NCBI GenBank assembly: GCA_902594515.1
Contig: CACJML010000003.1
Span: 96,989-160,988, forward strand
Origin: an uncultured SAR86 cluster bacterium
GTDB lineage: Bacteria > Pseudomonadota > Gammaproteobacteria > Magnimaribacterales > D2472
Length of the DNA stretch: 64,000 nucleotides
Reading direction: 5' to 3'
The position numbers and the translations under genes are program-made. A model generated the notes under the pieces. That model saw nothing but the letters and a program-made list of their open reading frames with translations. It was not told the DNA's origin and ran no database searches. Below are positions 47,938 to 57,796 of this stretch, one piece after another; the first letter of the stretch is position 1, and the number at the start of each line of letters is the position of its first letter.

Positions 47938-49704
47938 ATGTTTTATTACTCATCTTTAAAAAAAATCCTTCGCGAAGAATTTAATCAGATTTACATTATT
48001 TCATTTTTTGTATTTTTGTCCGCTTTATTAGAACTAATATCACTTTTAATGATTAGTTACATCATTGCAAATGCAGGACAACTAAATGAAGTTCTAAATT
48101 CTCTAAATAATTTTATTCAAATTTTTAATGATAATTTCTTGATAGAGAACCTTGCATCAATATTAATTTTCGTTCTTTCTTATATCTTATTGTCGGTAGT
48201 TTTCTATTTAATTATTATTAGATATTCTAGTTTCAAGGTTCATGGGTTGGTAAGTAATGTAAGAACTAGAATTATTCATAAACTTCTTGATATGAATTAT
48301 TTCGTAGATGGCAACCAAAAGAAATCTAAAATTATTTCGAACATTATTTTTGATTCCTCTCAGTTTGGAGCAAGCTTAATCGACCTTGTCCATTTAATTA
48401 GCAGGCTTTGTCTCACTTTAATTATTTTTATATGGCTTTTATTTGTAAATGTGGTTGTTACTCTATCCATGATTTCCATTTTAATGATTCTTTACCTTGC
48501 AATTCACTTCATCATCACACCCAAGATTAGACGTTCTGCTAACAACATTGCAGTTTTTAATGAATTATTGATAAAAGAACTTTCTAATTTTTTTGGATAT
48601 ATTCGAGAGATAATTTTTTACAACATACAGGATAAAGTTATCAATCAGTTAAGTGGTACAAATAATAATATTGCTGCTTCAACGGGGTCCAAGTCATTTC
48701 TAGTGAATATGCCTAGATTTCTAGTTGACTCACTAATACTAATATTACTTGCTTCTTTTGTTTTAGTGGCTAATTCATATCAACAAGACTTTGTAGGATT
48801 TTATAGCTTACTAGCAACATATGGAATTGCAGCTATAAAACTTTTGCCCGCTGTTCAAAATATTTTCTACTATACTCAGCAATTATTATCTAGAAAACCA
48901 AATATGGTAAATCTAAATAATTTTTTTGATTCAAAAGAGGATCATCAAAAAAATACAGAACTCATAGAGAGTTTGATCCCTGATCTAAAAGAAAAAATTA
49001 AACTATCCAACATTTCGTATCAATCAAATACTAATGATTCAATTCTGGAAAACATTTCACTTGAAATAAATTTTTCAGATAAGTTAGCTATTGTCGGTCC
49101 ATCTGGATCTGGTAAATCATTTTTAATGAATACAATTATCGGTCTTAGCAGTCCAACCAGTGGATCACTGGAAATCGATGGAATCAGAATTGACGATAGT
49201 AATGTTAATTCCTATCGAGACAAGATTTCCTACATACCACAAAAAATTTTCCTTAGCGAAGGAACAATTAAAGATAATGTACTTTTATTTAGTAAAGAAA
49301 ATTTTAAGGAGTCTAGATATAAAGACGCTCTAAAGCAGTCCGGTATGGAATTTATTCTCAATAACAGTGAGCAGAATGATGAAACTACTATATCAGATCA
49401 AAGCCATAACCTTTCAGGTGGCGAAAAACAGTGTTTAGGGTATGCAAGAGCGCTTTATGAGAGAAGAAATATTATAGCCCTTGATGAAGCTACTTCATCT
49501 ATGGATTTTAATCTAGCCAGCCAAGTGATCTCTTCAATTTTAAAAGAATGGAAAACGGTAATATGCATTACTCATCAATCATATCTTCTTCGTAATTTTG
49601 AAAAAATAATCGTCATGGATGATGGAAAAATCCAAGATTTGGGTAGTTACGAGGATCTACTTCTAAGAAATGAGTATTTCAAAAATCTATGTTCTAATGA
49701 ATAA
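47938..49704 (+). CDS. ABC transporter permease/ATPase fusion (MsbA/PglK-like, possible glycan flippase)
   Basis: N-terminal TM domain; Walker A GPSGSGKS, Q-loop YIPQ, LSGGEKQ, Walker B LDEATSSMD, ITH switch. Confidence 0.88.
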   Translation: MFYYSSLKKILREEFNQIYIISFFVFLSALLELISLLMISYIIANAGQLNEVLNSLNNFIQIFNDNFLIENLASILIFVLSYILLSVVFYLIIIRYSSFKVHGLVSNVRTRIIHKLLDMNYFVDGNQKKSKIISNIIFDSSQFGASLIDLVHLISRLCLTLIIFIWLLFVNVVVTLSMISILMILYLAIHFIITPKIRRSANNIAVFNELLIKELSNFFGYIREIIFYNIQDKVINQLSGTNNNIAASTGSKSFLVNMPRFLVDSLILILLASFVLVANSYQQDFVGFYSLLATYGIAAIKLLPAVQNIFYYTQQLLSRKPNMVNLNNFFDSKEDHQKNTELIESLIPDLKEKIKLSNISYQSNTNDSILENISLEINFSDKLAIVGPSGSGKSFLMNTIIGLSSPTSGSLEIDGIRIDDSNVNSYRDKISYIPQKIFLSEGTIKDNVLLFSKENFKESRYKDALKQSGMEFILNNSEQNDETTISDQSHNLSGGEKQCLGYARALYERRNIIALDEATSSMDFNLASQVISSILKEWKTVICITHQSYLLRNFEKIIVMDDGKIQDLGSYEDLLLRNEYFKNLCSNE

Positions 49705-49791
49705 ATTTTTTTAAAGACAAGCCTATTTTTACTATGAGATTAATTATCATAGTATTATGTATTATTTAAATTTTGCAAAAATAATTTCAAA

Positions 49792-50676
49792 TTGAAGACT
49801 CTTATAAAAGGTGATCTAACATACTCTAAAGGTAAGCTTCTTTCAGTCCTAATTAACCGTATTAACCACAAATATGCTTCATTGCATATTAATAAGTTTC
49901 CACAGTTAGCAATTTTTTCATTTGATCATATCGGTATGCACATAAATTTATATGGAAGGTATGAAAGAGAATTTTTAGACTTAGTAAGTGAATTAATATC
50001 TAAAAAAATCCCAAATGCATGCTCAATAAGTGCAGTAGATATCGGAGCCAATATCGGAAACCATAGTGTGTTTTTTGCTAATCATTTTAAGAATGTATTT
50101 TCTTTTGAGCCGAATCCAATAACTTACGAAGTTCTGAAAATTAATTCAAAATATGCAGCATCAAAAAAAAATATCCATTCTTACTGTTTGGGATTAAGTG
50201 ATAGAAATGCTGAGCTTCATTTCGAAGTAAATTCATCAAACATTGGTGGCTCAAGGATTATTCAAGAAAAAAATAAATTAGATTCAAATAACTTTATAGA
50301 AATTTTGGTGAAAAGAGCTGATGAACTTGATGCTCTTAAAGAAGCAAACATAGGCTTAATAAAAATTGATGTAGAAGGTCACGAAATCAATGCTCTAAAA
50401 GGAGCCCATGAAATCATAATTAAAAATAAGCCCATAATCATATTTGAGCAACATGCAAGCGAAATCTATGATGGAACCTCAGAGGTAATATCATATCTAG
50501 AATCTTTGGGTTATGATTTTTTTGAAATAAAAAAGCGCTTTGATTTCGGAGAAGGTTTTTTAAATAGGTTTGCAAGATTATTACTAACAAAAATTTTTGG
50601 TTCGAGACTGAGTTTAGTTAAAGCGGATAAGTTCAAAGAGAAATACTACGACATGATTGTAGCCATTAATGAATGA
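49792..50676 (+). CDS. FkbM-family methyltransferase
   Basis: VDIGANIGNHS, SFEPNP, LIKIDVEGHE, KPIIIFE. Confidence 0.9.
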   Translation: MKTLIKGDLTYSKGKLLSVLINRINHKYASLHINKFPQLAIFSFDHIGMHINLYGRYEREFLDLVSELISKKIPNACSISAVDIGANIGNHSVFFANHFKNVFSFEPNPITYEVLKINSKYAASKKNIHSYCLGLSDRNAELHFEVNSSNIGGSRIIQEKNKLDSNNFIEILVKRADELDALKEANIGLIKIDVEGHEINALKGAHEIIIKNKPIIIFEQHASEIYDGTSEVISYLESLGYDFFEIKKRFDFGEGFLNRFARLLLTKIFGSRLSLVKADKFKEKYYDMIVAINE

Positions 50677-50697
50677 TGGCTAGTTTTTTATACTGAT

Positions 50698-51525
50698 TTA
50701 CTTTTTATAACATATGCATACCCAAAATGGCTCAGCATTTGAAAATTTAATATTTTCAAAGCCAGCCTCCTCAAGCATTTTATGTATATCTTTTCTGCTA
50801 TATCTTTTTTCTAATCTTGTTCCAAACCTATCAAGGGAGTCCGTAGCCAAAAAGGTGAAAGCCTTATTTCTATAATCTGAAAGAGGGATATATCTAGGGT
50901 CGATACCCAATTTTTCAAAAAGTAATGCTAAACGAGAAAGGGGATAATATATAAATATTGCTATCAAATAAGTTATAAATTTTTTTATAGGTGATGGCAT
51001 TCTTGAGATGACTAACCGTATGATATTTGAAAACCACCATATAGTCTTAAATATCAGTGATCGATTTTCAAAATTATAATAAAGGTATAGGAGGAAAGGA
51101 GCACCATGTTTAAGTATTTTATTACAGCATTTCAAACCCTCCAAAGTGTCAGGAACATGATGCAATACCCCAAGACAATACCCAAAATCTTGCGAGCTTG
51201 GCTCTAAAATATCATCACTCACTGATGCATTATGAAACGCAACATTATTAAATTCAGATAAGTTATCTTTTGCCACATTCAAAGCTTTAATGCTTGGGTC
51301 AATGCAATTAAGGAAACCAACTCTTGGTGCGGAAAAAACAGCCCATCTACCACTTCCGCAACCCATATCAAAACCAACTGAATTACTATTTAGTTTTTCG
51401 AATGGAAATATTGAGAAATATTGATCCCAGGCCATTTTTAGATCAACTTTGGAAATATTACTTTGTCTAAATCTATCCCATTCTTCACCAAAATCTTCAA
51501 CTACTTTTTTATCAATATTTTTCAT
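50698..51525 (-). CDS. Class I SAM-dependent methyltransferase
   Basis: FGEEW, FDMGCGSGRWA, YCLGVLHH, DRFGTRLE. Confidence 0.9.
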   Translation of the reverse strand: MKNIDKKVVEDFGEEWDRFRQSNISKVDLKMAWDQYFSIFPFEKLNSNSVGFDMGCGSGRWAVFSAPRVGFLNCIDPSIKALNVAKDNLSEFNNVAFHNASVSDDILEPSSQDFGYCLGVLHHVPDTLEGLKCCNKILKHGAPFLLYLYYNFENRSLIFKTIWWFSNIIRLVISRMPSPIKKFITYLIAIFIYYPLSRLALLFEKLGIDPRYIPLSDYRNKAFTFLATDSLDRFGTRLEKRYSRKDIHKMLEEAGFENIKFSNAEPFWVCICYKK

Positions 51526-51628
51526 AGCTTATATGCGTATAGGATTTTTTGTGATTTTAACCTAATTTTTAGAAATAGACTTGCTACATTTTTAGAGCTA
51601 TGAAGTAAGAATATCAAGAATTATCTTT

Positions 51629-52528
51629 TTAATGAGGAAAATCTTTACCAAGCTTTTGATGAAAACCCCTATTTATACTTTTAAAGAATATTTTTTTATT
51701 TTTACCAATAATCAACGAAAAAGCATAAAGCAAACCGTTAGCTCGAGAAACTCTTAATAATATTACCAAGGGTCCCAGTATTGAACGCAGCAGAGGTTTG
51801 TCATAATGCTTCCTATAATTAATAAGATTATTTTTCATGTTGTAATAAATTCTTAGTAATGAATACTCTCTTTCCATAACATTAGGATGAAAATGTTTGG
51901 CCATTGGAGTAGAAGCAACAATGCCATCGGATAGAAGTCTAAAATTAAAATCAACTTCATCACCATACATAAAATATCCAATATCTACGTTGCCAATTCT
52001 TTTAATCGATTCTACCCTTATAAGAGCGCCATTAAATAAATGAGCATATGGATAATAGAAATTATCACTTAAAGGTAAAGCATTAATTGAATTATATTTC
52101 TTCCAAAATTTAAGCGTATTTGGAACTCCATTTTTTTTTATTAACGGGTATGGAAAAACAAATTGATTATGATTATTTTCATCAACTATTACTGATGATA
52201 AGCATGAAAATTTATCTTCAAATTGATTGCATAGAACATTTAAAGCATTTTTATCTGGATAACCATCATCATCCATAAGCCATATAAAATCATAGTCCTT
52301 TTCCAGACAAAAGGTTATTGCTGAATTCCATCCACCAGCTGAACCAAGATTCTCCTGTTCAATTTTTTCAACAGGATATCTATCTAAAACCATATTAGTA
52401 TCATCTGTACAACCATTATTTATTACTAGAATTTGATCAGGTAACCTTGTTTGATCAAGAATTTTATTTAAGCATCTATCCAATAGAACAGCGCGATTAT
52501 GAGTTACAACTGCTGCAAGCACTTTCAT
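51629..52528 (-). CDS. Glycosyltransferase family 2 (rhamnosyl/galactofuranosyltransferase-like)
   Basis: AVVTHNR, INNGCTD, NLGSAGG, IWLMDDDGYP, FNG, GDEVDF. Confidence 0.88.
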   Translation of the reverse strand: MKVLAAVVTHNRAVLLDRCLNKILDQTRLPDQILVINNGCTDDTNMVLDRYPVEKIEQENLGSAGGWNSAITFCLEKDYDFIWLMDDDGYPDKNALNVLCNQFEDKFSCLSSVIVDENNHNQFVFPYPLIKKNGVPNTLKFWKKYNSINALPLSDNFYYPYAHLFNGALIRVESIKRIGNVDIGYFMYGDEVDFNFRLLSDGIVASTPMAKHFHPNVMEREYSLLRIYYNMKNNLINYRKHYDKPLLRSILGPLVILLRVSRANGLLYAFSLIIGKNKKIFFKSINRGFHQKLGKDFPH

Positions 52529-52640
52529 AATTAGACTATAACGGAAAAAACAAATCTAAGCATAAAGCTTATTATAAAAATGCAATTTATAATCCAATTT
52601 AGGCATATTTATAAAAGATGATATGTATCTATCATTGAAC

Positions 52641-52650
52641 TATAATGCGC
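52641..52650 (+). promoter_or_regulatory. Stable-RNA-type promoter: -10 box plus GC-rich discriminator
   Basis: TATAAT-GCGC, with the -10 box ending 9 nt before tRNA-Leu; ATGATA at 52618-52623 is a weak -35 at 17-bp spacing. Confidence 0.6.
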
Positions 52651-52655
52651 AAAAT

Positions 52656-52742
52656 GCCCAGGTGGTGGAATTGGTAGACACAAGGGATTTAAAATCCCTC
52701 GAAGGCAACTTCGTGCCGGTTCAAGTCCGGCTCTGGGCACCA
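52656..52742 (+). tRNA. tRNA-Leu(TAA)
   Basis: Acceptor stem GCCCAGG/TCTGGGC, anticodon arm AGGGA-TTTAAAA-TCCCT, long variable arm GAAG-GCAA-CTTC, GGTTCAAGTCC, encoded CCA. Confidence 0.97.
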
Positions 52743-52770
52743 TTTATCTAATTAAGAATATAATTCTTAA

Positions 52771-53217
52771 ATGTATAAAGAAAATTTTATGATCGCTGCA
52801 TTAAGAGAAGCTCAAAATGCAGCTTTGAATAATGAAGTTCCAGTTGGAAGCATCATTACACTGGATGATGAAATCATTGCTGTTGGCAGCAATAAATGTA
52901 TCTCAAAAAACTCTCCTATTCGTCACGCAGAAATAGAAGCAATTGAATATGCTTGTAGTATTCTTAGTAACTATAGGTTACCAAATACAAGCATGTACGT
53001 AACTTTGGAGCCTTGTCATATGTGCTGTATGGCGATCGTCAATGCAAGGATAGATAATCTTTTCTTTGGGGCGAAAGAACCAAAAACAGGGGCTGTTGTT
53101 TCAGTTGATAATTTCTTTAAGAGTAATTTTCTTAATCATAAAGTGTCTTTCTCTGGAGGCTATATGGAAAAAGAATCAGAACTGTTACTTAAGAATTTTT
53201 TTGCAAGTAAAAGGTGA
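52771..53217 (+). CDS. tadA: tRNA-specific adenosine deaminase
   Basis: EVPVG, HAE, YRL, YVTLEPCHMC, GAKEPKTGA. Confidence 0.92.
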   Translation: MYKENFMIAALREAQNAALNNEVPVGSIITLDDEIIAVGSNKCISKNSPIRHAEIEAIEYACSILSNYRLPNTSMYVTLEPCHMCCMAIVNARIDNLFFGAKEPKTGAVVSVDNFFKSNFLNHKVSFSGGYMEKESELLLKNFFASKR

Positions 53218-53223
53218 GGCTCG

Positions 53224-54033
53224 TTAGGTCAAAGTCACCCAAATTGGGCAATGGTCGGATGGTTTCTCCATTGCGCGGGCATCATAATCAATCCCTGTTG
53301 ATTTTATTGAACCATATAGTTTTTCTGAAACCATAATATGATCTATTCTGAGACCTCTTTTAGGATTATCATCAAACATCCTAGACCTATAATCAAACCA
53401 AGAAAATATTGAATCTTCATTTGGATTTTGTTGCCTCCAACTGTCAATAAAGCCAAGATCTTTAATTGAATTCCACATTTCAATTTCTTCAGGCAAAAAA
53501 GCACACTTACCATCACGTAGCCATCTTTTAGCATTTACCTCGCCAATTCCAATATCATTCTTGGATGGTGCTACATTAAAATCTCCCATCACAATTATAT
53601 TAGACGTGGATCGCTGTAATTTTTTAATGTGATCTTTTAAATCTTTATAGTACTTAATTTTTTTAGGAAACTTTGTTTCATGATTTCTATTTTCACCCTG
53701 AGGGAAATAACCATTTAATATGTATATATCATTTTTTTTAAACTTATATCTTCCTTGAATAAATCTCTTTTGATCTTCAGCAGTATCTTTTAAAAATCCT
53801 TTCGAAACCTCAATTGGTTTTTTTTTGCTTAGTAATGCCACACCATAATGACCCTTTTGTCCCCAATATTCACAGTGATAGCCAATTTCATTTATTAACT
53901 CAACAGGAAATTCATCATCATGTACTTTTGTTTCTTGAAGTCCAATCACGTCAGGATCAAGATGATCACGGATGTATTCAAGCTGATGAGGTCTAGCCCT
54001 AACACTATTAATGTTAAAAGATATAATTTTCAT
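53224..54033 (-). CDS. xthA: Exodeoxyribonuclease III
   Basis: SFNINSVRARPHQL, GLQETKV, GQKGHYGVA, GDFN, GLRIDH, KPSDHCPI. Confidence 0.96.
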   Translation of the reverse strand: MKIISFNINSVRARPHQLEYIRDHLDPDVIGLQETKVHDDEFPVELINEIGYHCEYWGQKGHYGVALLSKKKPIEVSKGFLKDTAEDQKRFIQGRYKFKKNDIYILNGYFPQGENRNHETKFPKKIKYYKDLKDHIKKLQRSTSNIIVMGDFNVAPSKNDIGIGEVNAKRWLRDGKCAFLPEEIEMWNSIKDLGFIDSWRQQNPNEDSIFSWFDYRSRMFDDNPKRGLRIDHIMVSEKLYGSIKSTGIDYDARAMEKPSDHCPIWVTLT

Positions 54034-56090
54034 TAATTTTGATTAGCTGCAATTAATTGAGAGCTAAATTTTAAGTAATCAATAATAATATTTTTTGACT
54101 CATTAAGAAGAAAATCGTTCTCTAAAGATATTTCTTCAGAATCAATTTCTTCTCTAAATGCTTCCATATCATCATAAGTATTAAATACTTCAATATTTAA
54201 GAGATTTCTGCGAGAATTCTCAGTATTTAGAATCCATAATCTCCTGTCTAGCTTATCTTTTTTTCTTTCATTAATATTTAAAGAAAGTTCCTTTTTATTT
54301 TTGCGTTGATCATATTTTTCACGAACTTTTAGAATATATTGCATGTTAGGATCGTTAGTAAGCCTATCAATATGATTTTTAGATGCTCGCTGAATAGCTG
54401 TATCATCAAGATTATAAATTCTATGCCTGATCGGTCTAATCGTATCCCATGGAAGTGATTCATCTAATGAGCTTTCACCAGTTTCTTCAATATCCCATGA
54501 AGACGGTAGTACTATATCTGGTTCAATACCCTTTGCTTGAGTGCTTGAACCGCTGACCCTATAAAATTTTGATTCAGTAATTTTAATTTGACCTGAACTA
54601 AGATCATCAAGACGCTGCACCGTTCCTTTTCCAAATGTTCTATGGCCAATTACAATACCTCTTTTATAATCTTGAATTGCTCCAGCAAAAATTTCTGAGG
54701 CTGAGGCTGAATATCTATCTACTAAAACTGCCATAGGTTTTTTCCAGATTTGCTTAGCTCTTCCATCTCCCCAAGGCCTGATATTTCCAGAACTCTCTTT
54801 CACTTGAACAGTTGCTCCAGATGCAACAAACAAACCAGTTAATTTATTTGCTTCATATAATGAGCCACCAGAGTTACCTCTTAGATCAACTAATACTGCA
54901 TCTACATTATTTTTATTAAATGACTTGAGAATATCTTCAACATCTCTTGAGCTACTTCTAAAATTAGGATCTCTTTCTCTCCAGGCATTAAAGTCTATAT
55001 AAAATGCTGGTAACTCGATTATTCCAACTCTATAATTTCTTGAGTCTGAATCTATGCTAATTATTTTGCTTTTTGCAGCCTGTTCCTCTAGTTGAACTTC
55101 TTCTCTTACAAGCGTTACAAACTTTCTTTCTGAGGACTCAAGAGATTTTGACGGCATAATTTCAAGCTCTACTTCAGTACCTGCATCTCCACGAATTAGT
55201 TTTACAATCTCATCTATTCTCCAACCAACCACATCTGTGCTTTTTTCTTCATATGCCTGTCTTATGGAAACTATTCTGTCATCAGGAGATAGCTGATTTG
55301 ATTTGGCGGCAGGTCCACCAGGAACCAAACTTACAACTTTTGCATAATCGTCTTCAATCCCTAATAGTGCACCAATACCTTCAAGACTTAAGCTCATTTG
55401 CATGTCAAAATCTTCTGCAGATTTTGGCGATAAATAGGCTGAGTGAGGGTCAAATTGGCTCGTGAAATTATTCATAATAATGGAAAAATAGTCCTCATTA
55501 GTTCGCTGCATAATTCTTCTTATTCTTCGCTCATACCTATCAATAAGTGTTTGCTTGATATCAGTTTCATCAGATAAATCTTCATCAAGGATTTCATTCA
55601 ATAAATCATTCTTTGTGAGAAGGAACCATTCTTTTCGCAATTCTGCAAATGAAGATTTCCACTTATTATCATCAGAATAAACGTCTATATATTCAGATTT
55701 TGAAAAATCAAAATCAAAATCTTTAAGGATTTCAATTTGGTATGAAGTAGCCTCTATAAGTCGATTAAAATACTGATTTAATATCTTAAAGCTATTATTA
55801 AGATCAAAAATATCATCATTAAGATTATTTCCATATTGCTCAAATTCCAATTTTGTAAAATACACTTTCGATGGATCTAGGCTTTCAATTAGCTTTTCAT
55901 GAAAAATATTATTTATTTCTTCAATATTATTTACTTTAAAAAAGTGGTCTTCTTTAACTTTTTTGATAATTTCTTTTTGTATTTTTTGGTTTTTAAGTGT
56001 TGGTTTGATGTCTAAATTCACATCTGCTGCAAGCACAAAACCTGTGCAAATAGCACATAAAAATAAATTTAAACTTCTAAAAAATATCAT
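54033..56090 (-). CDS. prc: Carboxy-terminal processing (tail-specific) protease, S41
   Basis: DPHSAYLSP, LSLEGIGA, PDZ domain, DLRGNSGG, SASASEIFAGAIQDY, TFGKGTVQ. Confidence 0.94.
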   Translation of the reverse strand: MIFFRSLNLFLCAICTGFVLAADVNLDIKPTLKNQKIQKEIIKKVKEDHFFKVNNIEEINNIFHEKLIESLDPSKVYFTKLEFEQYGNNLNDDIFDLNNSFKILNQYFNRLIEATSYQIEILKDFDFDFSKSEYIDVYSDDNKWKSSFAELRKEWFLLTKNDLLNEILDEDLSDETDIKQTLIDRYERRIRRIMQRTNEDYFSIIMNNFTSQFDPHSAYLSPKSAEDFDMQMSLSLEGIGALLGIEDDYAKVVSLVPGGPAAKSNQLSPDDRIVSIRQAYEEKSTDVVGWRIDEIVKLIRGDAGTEVELEIMPSKSLESSERKFVTLVREEVQLEEQAAKSKIISIDSDSRNYRVGIIELPAFYIDFNAWRERDPNFRSSSRDVEDILKSFNKNNVDAVLVDLRGNSGGSLYEANKLTGLFVASGATVQVKESSGNIRPWGDGRAKQIWKKPMAVLVDRYSASASEIFAGAIQDYKRGIVIGHRTFGKGTVQRLDDLSSGQIKITESKFYRVSGSSTQAKGIEPDIVLPSSWDIEETGESSLDESLPWDTIRPIRHRIYNLDDTAIQRASKNHIDRLTNDPNMQYILKVREKYDQRKNKKELSLNINERKKDKLDRRLWILNTENSRRNLLNIEVFNTYDDMEAFREEIDSEEISLENDFLLNESKNIIIDYLKFSSQLIAANQN

Positions 56091-56109
56091 TTGGAATAAA
56101 CTTATAAAG

Positions 56110-56715
56110 ATGAGTAGTAACTATATCGAATTCTACTTCGATTGTTCAAGTCCTTGGACATATTTAGGCTTTGTTGGAATCAATGAGATATCTTCGAAGT
56201 ACAACATTGAGATTAAATTTTTACCAATTCTTGTAGGAGGAGTCTTTAATTCAGTAAATGATGATATATATAAATTCAGAGCAAAGCCCAACCCACTAAA
56301 ATCTAATTACTATAATCAAGATTTAAAATTGTGGGCAAAAGTGAGGAATTTACAAATTAACTGGCCATCTATTTTTCCTATTAACTCTGTAAAGGCTATG
56401 CGTGGCGCATTATTTTTTAATGAGCAAGAGCAAATCTCAGATTATGCTCTCAAAATCTTTAAAGCTTATTGGACAGATGGAAAAGATATTTCCAAAGATA
56501 ATGTAATTTCAGAAATATGTGAGGATTTAAATATAGATTCCAATGCTTTCATAAATTTTATAAATCAAGAGACCACGAAAAGCGCATTAAAGGAAAATAC
56601 TCAGGAGTTAATTGATAGAGGTGGCTTTGGATCACCAACATATTTTTTTAAGGACTCTATGTTTTTTGGCAATGATAGGATCCAATTACTTGAGGAGCAA
56701 CTAAAGATTAGTTGA
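56110..56715 (+). CDS. DsbA-family 2-hydroxychromene-2-carboxylate isomerase / GST-kappa-like protein
   Basis: EFYFDCSSPWTYL, PILVGGVF, FPINSVKAMRG, GGFGSPT, FGNDR; real start ATG 56110 (the track's upstream extension is antisense to prc). Confidence 0.88.
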   Translation: MSSNYIEFYFDCSSPWTYLGFVGINEISSKYNIEIKFLPILVGGVFNSVNDDIYKFRAKPNPLKSNYYNQDLKLWAKVRNLQINWPSIFPINSVKAMRGALFFNEQEQISDYALKIFKAYWTDGKDISKDNVISEICEDLNIDSNAFINFINQETTKSALKENTQELIDRGGFGSPTYFFKDSMFFGNDRIQLLEEQLKIS

Positions 56716-57793
56716 GTTGTAGTAATGCTGCCTCTTCACGAACACGTTCAGGTGTGCCCAATAATTGCCTATTTAGGCCAATTCTTTTGAACCAATAATG
56801 TAGTCCTAATAGGTCTGTAAAACCCATTCCTCCATGAACTTCAGTTGACTTTTTTGCCACTTCTTTAGTTACATCACTCAAATGGGACTTAGCCTGGCAT
56901 GCCATTAGCCTCGCTTCATTAGGCATATGTTTTTGCGCATGAGCGGCATGCCATACCAAGGCGTAGCAGGGCTCTAATTCAGCAACCATCTCCGCACACA
57001 TATGCTTTACAGCTTGAAAAGAACCAATAGCTCTACCAAATTGTTTTCTTTCTTTTGCATAATCAACAGCTTTATTAATCATGTTTTGAGCCGCTCCAAG
57101 AGAGTCAGCTGCAAGCATTATTCGTCCTGCATCAATTACCTTTTCTGCAGTATTTTTTGAATTTTTTGTTTGCTCTAAGATTTCAAAATCAACATTTTTT
57201 AATATCAATTCACAGACATTTCTAGTTCTATCGATTGTTTTTAATTCAACTAAATCTATTCCATTTGCTTGTGCATCAATGATACCGATGCATCCATTTA
57301 TATCTGAGATCAAAAAATGAGTTGCATATTCATAATCCAATACAAAAAGCGATCTGCCTGAAATTTTATTTCCTTTTATTTGGATTTCTGAGTCATCTCT
57401 TGCTCCAGTGAGAGCTGAAAATCCAACTCCAAATTTAACTTCATTAGATGCAACTTTGGTCAAGTAATTTTGCTTTTGTTTATCTGATCCACCATCAATA
57501 ATAGCTATTGGTGCCATAACATACGATCCTATGAAAGGAGTTGCTCCTGCCCCATATCCCAATGATTCTGATATTGCCGCTGCAAACAATATGTCTAATC
57601 CAAGCCCTCCAAATTCCTCAGGGACCAAAAGACCATTAATACCTAAATTAACAATCCCATCATGGATATCTTTTGCAAATGTTCGATCATCAGCTGCAAT
57701 TTTTCTAAGGATGTCTACTGATGAATTCTCCTCTAGAAACTTTTTAATATTATCTTGAAAGAAAATTTGATCCTCTGATAATCCAAAATACAT
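56708..57793 (-). CDS. Acyl-CoA dehydrogenase, short partner subunit
   Basis: PEEFGGLG, DRTR, YAKERKQFGRAIGSFQAVKH, VHGGMGFT; lacks the usual SEP/TEP FAD motif. Confidence 0.88.
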   Translation of the reverse strand: MYFGLSEDQIFFQDNIKKFLEENSSVDILRKIAADDRTFAKDIHDGIVNLGINGLLVPEEFGGLGLDILFAAAISESLGYGAGATPFIGSYVMAPIAIIDGGSDKQKQNYLTKVASNEVKFGVGFSALTGARDDSEIQIKGNKISGRSLFVLDYEYATHFLISDINGCIGIIDAQANGIDLVELKTIDRTRNVCELILKNVDFEILEQTKNSKNTAEKVIDAGRIMLAADSLGAAQNMINKAVDYAKERKQFGRAIGSFQAVKHMCAEMVAELEPCYALVWHAAHAQKHMPNEARLMACQAKSHLSDVTKEVAKKSTEVHGGMGFTDLLGLHYWFKRIGLNRQLLGTPERVREEAALLQLN

Positions 57794-57796
57794 TTT

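Noticed and set aside
55963-56109. N-terminal extension of the DsbA-family ORF
   Set aside because: Antisense to the prc 5' end; the family domain begins at ATG 56110.
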